Shown: in pieces, positions 45,913 through 51,015 of the stretch
Position numbering within the stretch: position 1 is the first letter of the stretch
Layout: the number at the start of each line of letters is the position of its first letter
Virus record (IMG/VR): IMGVR_UViG_2721755676_000003
Span: 1-51,015 of that record
Strand: one strand, 5' to 3'
Source of the DNA: a virus
Lineage: Duplodnaviria > Heunggongvirae > Uroviricota > Caudoviricetes
DNA length: 51,015 nucleotides
Translations under genes and position numbers: made by a program
Notes under the pieces: generated by a model
Databases searched by the model: none
The model's input: only the letters and a program-made list of their open reading frames with translations
What the model was told of the DNA's origin: nothing

Positions 45913-46578
45913 GCTGAGGCTTAGTGTTTCCCTCTAATGCGCTGACGCGGGTTGCCAGCGCTTTGATTGCCGCCAGCCCATCGAGCAACATTGGTGTCTG
46001 ATCGAGATGCAGCAGACCGCCAATTTGCTTTACATATTCTGGGTCGATTTTCTCTATTTGCTGAGAGATAACCCCGCGCCGTGGGGGTTGAGTTTCATCA
46101 TCTTTAAAGGTGAAGTGCTTGAATTCCATCCGGCAGATATTCAGCAATGCCTCTTCCAGATCGAGGTCATCACCGATGTTTTTCATAGTTCTGTCGGACA
46201 CCGCCGAAGTTAAAATTTCTTTCCACGGTGCCCAGGCATTGGTATTAAAACCTCTGTAAAAGAACCGCCCGGCATCTGTTTGCGTGGCATAAGGCAAGAT
46301 AAATTGAGTCGATGCACCGCTGCTGCCTACAATTCGGACATAGTTTTGAATATACCCGTATCCGCTTGCCGCTGGTGGGTTTACAGCGGTAGTGAAATTG
46401 ATGAGGTTAGGAAAAACACCAGGGTTCCGCGCATCATTCAAATTGATGGTGTTTGAAGGTAAAGCCGAGTCAATCTGGAAGAACCTGTAGGCGTCCACCG
46501 GCCCCCCAAGTCCACCGACAACCTGAACGTTTCCTTCGCTCGTTCCAACGTCCTTCGTTGCTGATGTTCCTAAACCTA
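45890..46578 (-). other. Alternative tail-fibre C-terminal segment (S'v-like), promoterless, within invertible segment
   Basis: Minus-strand ORF whose 5' end begins at the right inverted repeat with ...LGLGTSATKDVGTSEGNV..., paralleling the plus-strand ...LGLGSSATKDVGTASGNV...; the ORF-track N-terminal extension is antisense to the invertase remnant. Confidence 0.5.
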
Positions 46579-46580
46579 GA
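46539..46580. repeat. Right inverted repeat / gix-like site
   Basis: Reverse complement of ..GTTCCTAAACC TA GAGGGAGTTG.. gives GGTTTAGGAAC plus the shared inner arm. Confidence 0.45.
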
Positions 46581-46792
46581 GGGAGTTGATTGTGGAGCGC
46601 ACCCGGGCAGGTCTGGCTGCAGCTCGTGAGAAATGGCGAATCGGCGGCAGGCGTCCGAAGCTTACCCAGGAACAATGGGATCAGGCGGGCCGACTTATTG
46701 CGAACGGCCTGGACAGGAATCAGGTAGCGATAATTTATGACGTTGCTGTATGCACGCTTTATAAAAAATTCCCTCCTTCAAAAAAGGCTTAA
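46580..46792 (+). pseudogene. DNA invertase (Gin/Pin/Hin serine recombinase) remnant: C-terminal HTH domain only
   Basis: RELIVERTRAGLAAAREKWRIGGRRPKLTQEQWDQAGRLIANGLDRNQVAIIYDVAVCTLYKKFP matches the C-terminal roughly 70 aa of Gin/Pin; the frame opens exactly at the right gix-like site; no N-terminal catalytic domain upstream. Confidence 0.6.
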
Positions 46793-46929
46793 ATCTGCTC
46801 ACATAGAGTTTAGGCAATAAAATTTACAAAACTCGTAATCCGAAGCGACATAGAAACTTATAAACGAAACGGCGAAGCTTTAAACAATCAGGATAGGTCC
46901 TCTGTCTTGCATGCATACCCAAATGAAAC

Positions 46930-46949
46930 TACTGTATATAAAGACAGTA
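46930..46949. promoter_or_regulatory. LexA (SOS) box upstream of umuD
   Basis: TACTGTATATAAAGACAGTA (CTGT-N8-ACAG) about 15 nt upstream of the umuD ATG. Confidence 0.7.
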
Positions 46950-46964
46950 CAAAAGGTGTGCACT

Positions 46965-47384
46965 ATGGAATTTATCAGGCCTGCGGAACTGCGTGAAATT
47001 CTCGCTCTCCCGCTTTTCAGTGACTTAGTTCAGTGTGGTTTCCCAAGTCCAGCAGCTGATTACGTTGAACAACGTATCGATCTCAATGAGTTACTTGTCG
47101 CTCACCCGAGCTCAACGTATTTCGTCAAAGCCGCGGGCGATTCTATGATCGAAGCCGGGATCAGCGACGGTGATCTGCTGGTAGTGGACAGTTCCAGGAC
47201 TGCTGAGCATGGTGACATTGTCATCGCTGCGGTGGAAGGGGAGTTCACTGTTAAACGCCTGCAGCTGCGCCCGACCGTGCAACTCAATCCTATGAACAGC
47301 GCCTACAGTCCGATTGTTGTTGGCAGTGAAGACACACTGGACGTGTTTGGCGTTGTTACTTTCATCGTTAAATCTGCGAGCTGA
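46965..47384 (+). CDS. umuD: UmuD (Pol V accessory subunit, LexA-like S24 self-cleaving peptidase)
   Basis: [72 protein letters not shown]... near-identical to recalled E. coli UmuD; includes the Cys-Gly cleavage site and Ser/Lys dyad. Confidence 0.9.
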   Translation: MEFIRPAELREILALPLFSDLVQCGFPSPAADYVEQRIDLNELLVAHPSSTYFVKAAGDSMIEAGISDGDLLVVDSSRTAEHGDIVIAAVEGEFTVKRLQLRPTVQLNPMNSAYSPIVVGSEDTLDVFGVVTFIVKSAS

Positions 47385-47386
47385 AC

Positions 47387-48655
47387 ATGTTTGCGCTCTG
47401 TGATGTGAATTCGTTTTACGCATCATGCGAGACGGTGTTTCGGCCCGATTTGAGAGGGCGGCCAGTAGTTGTTCTCTCGAATAATGACGGCTGCGTAATC
47501 GCGCGCAGCGCCGAGGCCAAAGCCGCCGGAATTACCATGGGAGAGCCTTTCTTTAAGCAAAAGGATCTATTCCGGCGCGCTGGTGTTGTTTGCTTCAGCA
47601 GTAACTACGAGCTGTACGCAGACATGTCGAACCGGGTAATGACGACGCTTGAGGAAATGAGCCCCCGCGTCGAAATTTACAGTATCGATGAAGCTTTTTG
47701 CGACCTGACTGGCGTTCGCAACTGCCGGGACCTGACTGACTTCGGCAAAGAAATTCGTTCTACGGTTCTAAAGCGTACGCACCTGACGGTTGGGGTTGGA
47801 ATTGCGCAGACAAAAACGCTCGCTAAGCTGGCCAATCACGCCGCGAAGAAGTGGCAGAGGCAGACGGGTGGAGTTGTTGATTTGTCCAATATCGATCGCC
47901 AGCGTCGGTTATTGGCAATTGTGCCTGTGGAGGATGTCTGGGGCGTCGGCAGGCGCATCAGTAAGAAGCTAAACGCCATGGGCATCAAAACGGCTCTGGA
48001 TCTCTCAGAACAAAGCACATGGATTATCCGTAAACATTTTAACGTGGTACTCGAGCGAACGGTCCGGGAGTTGCGCGGAGAGCCTTGTCTTGAGCTGGAG
48101 GAGTTTGCGCCGGCAAAGCAGGAAATCGTCTGCAGCCGATCGTTCGGCGAGCGCGTCACGGACTATGAGCAGATGCGTCAGGCTATCTGCAGCTATGCGG
48201 CGCGTGGCGCCGAAAAGCTTCGCGGCGAGCATCAGTATTGCCGTTTTATCTCGGCGTTCGTTAAGACGTCACCTTTTGCCCTGAATGAGCCATATTACGG
48301 TAATAGTGCGTCCATGAAGCTTCTTACTCCCACTCAGGATTCCCGCGACATCATCAACGCCGCGGTAAAGTGCCTGAACAAAATCTGGAAGGACGGCCAC
48401 CGCTATCAAAAAGCAGGAATCATGCTTGGGGATTTTTTCAGCCATGGTGTGGCTCAGCTCAACTTGTTCGATGAGAACGCGCCGCGCGAAGACAGCGCGC
48501 AACTGATGCAGATCCTTGACCAGCTCAATGCCAAAGGAGGAAAGGGCACACTCTACTTTGCAGGGCAGGGAATTCAGCAACAATGGCAGATGAAGCGAGA
48601 AATGCTTTCTCCGCGGTATACGACCCGCTTCCAGGATTTATTAATTGTTAAATAA
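47387..48655 (+). CDS. umuC: UmuC (Y-family translesion DNA polymerase V catalytic subunit)
   Basis: [41 protein letters not shown]... canonical UmuC N-terminus; 422 aa. Confidence 0.92.
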   Translation: MFALCDVNSFYASCETVFRPDLRGRPVVVLSNNDGCVIARSAEAKAAGITMGEPFFKQKDLFRRAGVVCFSSNYELYADMSNRVMTTLEEMSPRVEIYSIDEAFCDLTGVRNCRDLTDFGKEIRSTVLKRTHLTVGVGIAQTKTLAKLANHAAKKWQRQTGGVVDLSNIDRQRRLLAIVPVEDVWGVGRRISKKLNAMGIKTALDLSEQSTWIIRKHFNVVLERTVRELRGEPCLELEEFAPAKQEIVCSRSFGERVTDYEQMRQAICSYAARGAEKLRGEHQYCRFISAFVKTSPFALNEPYYGNSASMKLLTPTQDSRDIINAAVKCLNKIWKDGHRYQKAGIMLGDFFSHGVAQLNLFDENAPREDSAQLMQILDQLNAKGGKGTLYFAGQGIQQQWQMKREMLSPRYTTRFQDLLIVK

Positions 48656-48723
48656 ATGCAGGACATTATGGTCAAAATAAAGTATCTTATTCAGGCACTT
48701 ATAAATACTTAAATGGAATTGAT

Positions 48724-49131
48724 ATGTTAAAACCTATTCTCGCATTAGCAGTTCTTACCTTATCTGGGTGTGCAATTATCCAAGAGCCTCCAAAACATGG
48801 CACTCCTGACGCTGTATATACGACTAAGAGCGATGCAAAAAGCGTTGCATTATGCATTGCTGATGTCTTTGCAGATTACGACCCTTACATCAAAGCTCGC
48901 TATAAAGAAGAATTCTGGGGTTATAAAATTAATTATTCCGCCGGGCAATATGGCGAAGCTGAAATTTACAAGAAAAATAACGTTACCACTGTGAATTATT
49001 TTGGTCAGAATAATTCAGACAAGAAAATGGTAAAGCATCTTAAAGACGGCATCCAAAAATGTGTAAATAAGGTGTACGACATGTCTCCAGTGGGTGGTAA
49101 GCAGCCAGATGGAAGCGTAAAACTCTGGTAA
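48724..49131 (+). CDS. Lipoprotein of unknown function
   Basis: Signal peptide plus lipobox (LAVLTLSGC); AT-rich. Confidence 0.55.
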   Translation: MLKPILALAVLTLSGCAIIQEPPKHGTPDAVYTTKSDAKSVALCIADVFADYDPYIKARYKEEFWGYKINYSAGQYGEAEIYKKNNVTTVNYFGQNNSDKKMVKHLKDGIQKCVNKVYDMSPVGGKQPDGSVKLW

Positions 49132-49145
49132 TATCTGTCAGGATA

Positions 49146-49817
49146 TCACTGAATATTATCAATCAATTCAGCACCCTGATTTTTTGGATTATCAACGGCA
49201 CGCGACACTGCGTGCCAGATAAACTTGTCGGCGTCCACTGTGCCGTCGGCCGCTATCTCTTCAGCTTCTTTCCCGCCTATATCCTGCCGCATCCATTCGC
49301 GAGCTGCTTCCGGCGACAGAACCAGTGGCCGGCGGTCGTGAATTTCGACCAGTCCTTTGTCAGCTGCAGACGTCACTATCAGAAAACCTTCTGCTTCATC
49401 GCCGCGCTCAAACGGTGTGCTGCCGATCGCCGCCATGAAAATCGGCTGTCCGTCGGCGCGGTGAATGAAGTAGGGCTGCTTCTTGTCACCTTCCTTCTTC
49501 CATTCGAACCATCCATCCGCAAAGCAGATCGCCCGGCCATGCTGCCAGAGGGGCTTAAACATTCGACTGGTGGCCGCAGTCTCGACACGCGCGTTAATCA
49601 GTGGTGGTTTATCCCACCACCCGGGCGCGTAACCCCAGAAAACCGGATCAAGATGCAGTTGCTCGTCGCGTTCGCTCAGCAACAGAACTTTGGTACCGGG
49701 CGCGACGTTGTACCGGCCAATCGGCTCAGGGTCATATGCTATGTCGCGATCGGCTTCATCGGCCAGGTAAGCAAGATATTCTTCACGGGTTTGGGCTTGT
49801 GCAAAACGTCCACACAT
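49146..49817 (-). CDS. SOS-response-associated peptidase (SRAP, YedK/HMCES family)
   Basis: Begins MCGRF (catalytic Cys2), 223 aa; family hallmarks recalled. Confidence 0.8.
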   Translation of the reverse strand: MCGRFAQAQTREEYLAYLADEADRDIAYDPEPIGRYNVAPGTKVLLLSERDEQLHLDPVFWGYAPGWWDKPPLINARVETAATSRMFKPLWQHGRAICFADGWFEWKKEGDKKQPYFIHRADGQPIFMAAIGSTPFERGDEAEGFLIVTSAADKGLVEIHDRRPLVLSPEAAREWMRQDIGGKEAEEIAADGTVDADKFIWHAVSRAVDNPKNQGAELIDNIQ

Positions 49818-50194
49818 AGAAACCTCCAGTCAGTAAGACTGAAAGTATAGGGCAGGGAGAAAAAACAGGTGCGCACCGAAACATCATGATTTTGAAACAG
49901 GGGCATGATGATGGAAGTCAGAGTGCCGGTAAAGCGGGTCGTTGAGAAACTGGAAAGAGCTACGCAAAGTTAAAGTGTTAGGCTATTTACGTTCCGAAGC
50001 GGTTATCGTTTATTAATTGAGCGAAATACGAATATTTAGAGGGAGTGATGGGGCATTTTTGAGAGATAACCTTCCCCAAAACGATACGCAACCTACTGAA
50101 TAGCATAAGGTTCTAGTAAGGGTGAAAATGGTGCAAATCAACGCCTCGATTATAGGTTAACTTATTGTATATAAAGAATAAAAACGGTAGTTGA

Positions 50195-50452
50195 ATAGTA
50201 TGCTTCGCCCATATTTTTGGTGGCGGATATGCTGCAGGTTATTACGCTTATCTGTGGACGCAAATGTTGGCCGATGATGGTTACCAGTGGTTTGTTGAGC
50301 AGGGCGGATTAACGCGTGAAAATGGGCAGCGTTTTCGCGAGGCGATCCTTTCCAGAGGTAACAGCGAAGATCTGGAACGCCTGTATCGACAATGGCGCGG
50401 TAAGGCTCCTCAAATTATGCCGATGCTGCAACATCGTGGCTTGAACATATAA
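50195..50452 (+). pseudogene. dcp: Orphan 3' fragment of dcp (peptidyl-dipeptidase, M3 family)
   Basis: Frame open only from about 50195, encoding ...HIFGGGYAAGYYAYLWTQMLADDGYQWFVEQGGLTRENGQRFREAILSRGNSEDLERLYRQWRGKAP..., the conserved M3-peptidase C-terminus; preceded by an in-frame stop and AT-rich non-coding DNA. Confidence 0.65.
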
Positions 50453-50496
50453 ACACCACCAATGGCTGTCCTGGAGATATCGCCAGGCCAGCCTGG

Positions 50497-51015
50497 TTAT
50501 AGCAGTAATTGCAGCAGCTGGGCGAGGGCAAACCTCACCGCTAAAGCTAATACCGTTTCGCAGTCGCCAGCAAAATGCATAACCGCAGTATAGGTCTGGC
50601 CTTTAATATGCCACGCGAACCAGACGGTACCCGCTGGCGTACCATCTTCACCGCCCTCCGGTCCGCCGTAGCCGGTAATGGCAATACTGACATCAGCTTC
50701 CGCACGCTCTATGGCACCGGTTGCCATTTCTGCTGCCACTTTCTCACTCACCGCAGAATATCGTTCAAGAGATTGCTGGCTTACGCTGAGGATTTTCATC
50801 TTTGCCTGATCGGTGAAAGTAACAAAGCCTGCACCGTAAAATTTGGGTGTATCTTCAGCTGCACACAGGGCGCTAGCCAACTTACCGCCGGTGCATGATT
50901 CGGCGGTAGTTAAGCGTAATTGATCCGCGATAAGTCTTTGACTCAACGCGGATGTCAGGTTTTCAATAGTGTCGGTATCTGCAAGTTGTACAATTTTATC
51001 GCTATTAATGTTCAC
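50497..51015 (-). CDS. CinA C-terminal-domain / PncC-like protein (YdeJ-like); start at or beyond window edge
   Basis: ATAESCTGG motif and overall CinA-C pattern; ORF reaches the window end with a GTG at the last codon, so the 5' end may be truncated. Confidence 0.65.
   Translation of the reverse strand: MNINSDKIVQLADTDTIENLTSALSQRLIADQLRLTTAESCTGGKLASALCAAEDTPKFYGAGFVTFTDQAKMKILSVSQQSLERYSAVSEKVAAEMATGAIERAEADVSIAITGYGGPEGGEDGTPAGTVWFAWHIKGQTYTAVMHFAGDCETVLALAVRFALAQLLQLLL

Noticed and set aside
49212-49850. 212-aa plus-strand ORF
   Set aside because: Antisense to the SRAP gene.
49830-49850. LexA-box-like CTG...CAG upstream of the SRAP gene
   Set aside because: Spacing is CTG-N11-CAG rather than N10 and the flanks are non-consensus.
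1-51015. CRISPR arrays, rRNA or tRNA genes, IS elements
   Set aside because: No regularly spaced direct repeats with unique spacers, no rRNA-like or cloverleaf segments, and no transposase ORFs with terminal inverted repeats were seen; the only recombinase-related sequences are the integrase and the invertase remnant.

Overview
The window is almost entirely one lambdoid (Rac/lambda-mosaic) prophage of an Enterobacteriaceae host, read left to right: int/xis and a recE-recT module (minus strand); an immunity region (HTH repressor, Cro/YdaS-like, YdaT-like); lambda O/P-type replication genes with in-gene iterons; a nin-like region (DinI, RusA, Q); a PR'/qut-like late promoter; a phage-21-type lysis cassette; packaging and head genes; a lambda-type tail (V, G, G-T frameshift, H, M, L, K, I, J); a side tail fibre with a decayed invertible segment; then umuDC, a lipoprotein and an SRAP/YedK-like gene. 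The right edge carries an orphan 3' fragment of dcp and a ydeJ/CinA-like gene, which suggests integration into the 3' end of dcp. Several AT-rich moron or defence-like insertions sit at classic hotspots. The strongest candidate for an undescribed system is a translationally coupled pair (157-aa nucleotidyltransferase-fold protein plus 310-aa unknown protein) in the rexAB/sieB slot directly downstream of the repressor. A second candidate is a four-gene AT-rich island (Mrr-like nuclease, SEC-C protein, HEPN-like protein, 414-aa PD-(D/E)xK-like protein) between P and dinI. All calls rest on reading the ORF translations, motifs and DNA by eye and on recalled family knowledge; no database search was run. 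Hand-derived coordinates (small ORFs, promoters, terminators, repeats, revised starts) may be off by 1-2 nt, because one hand count near 44461-44521 disagreed with the ORF track by 1 nt.
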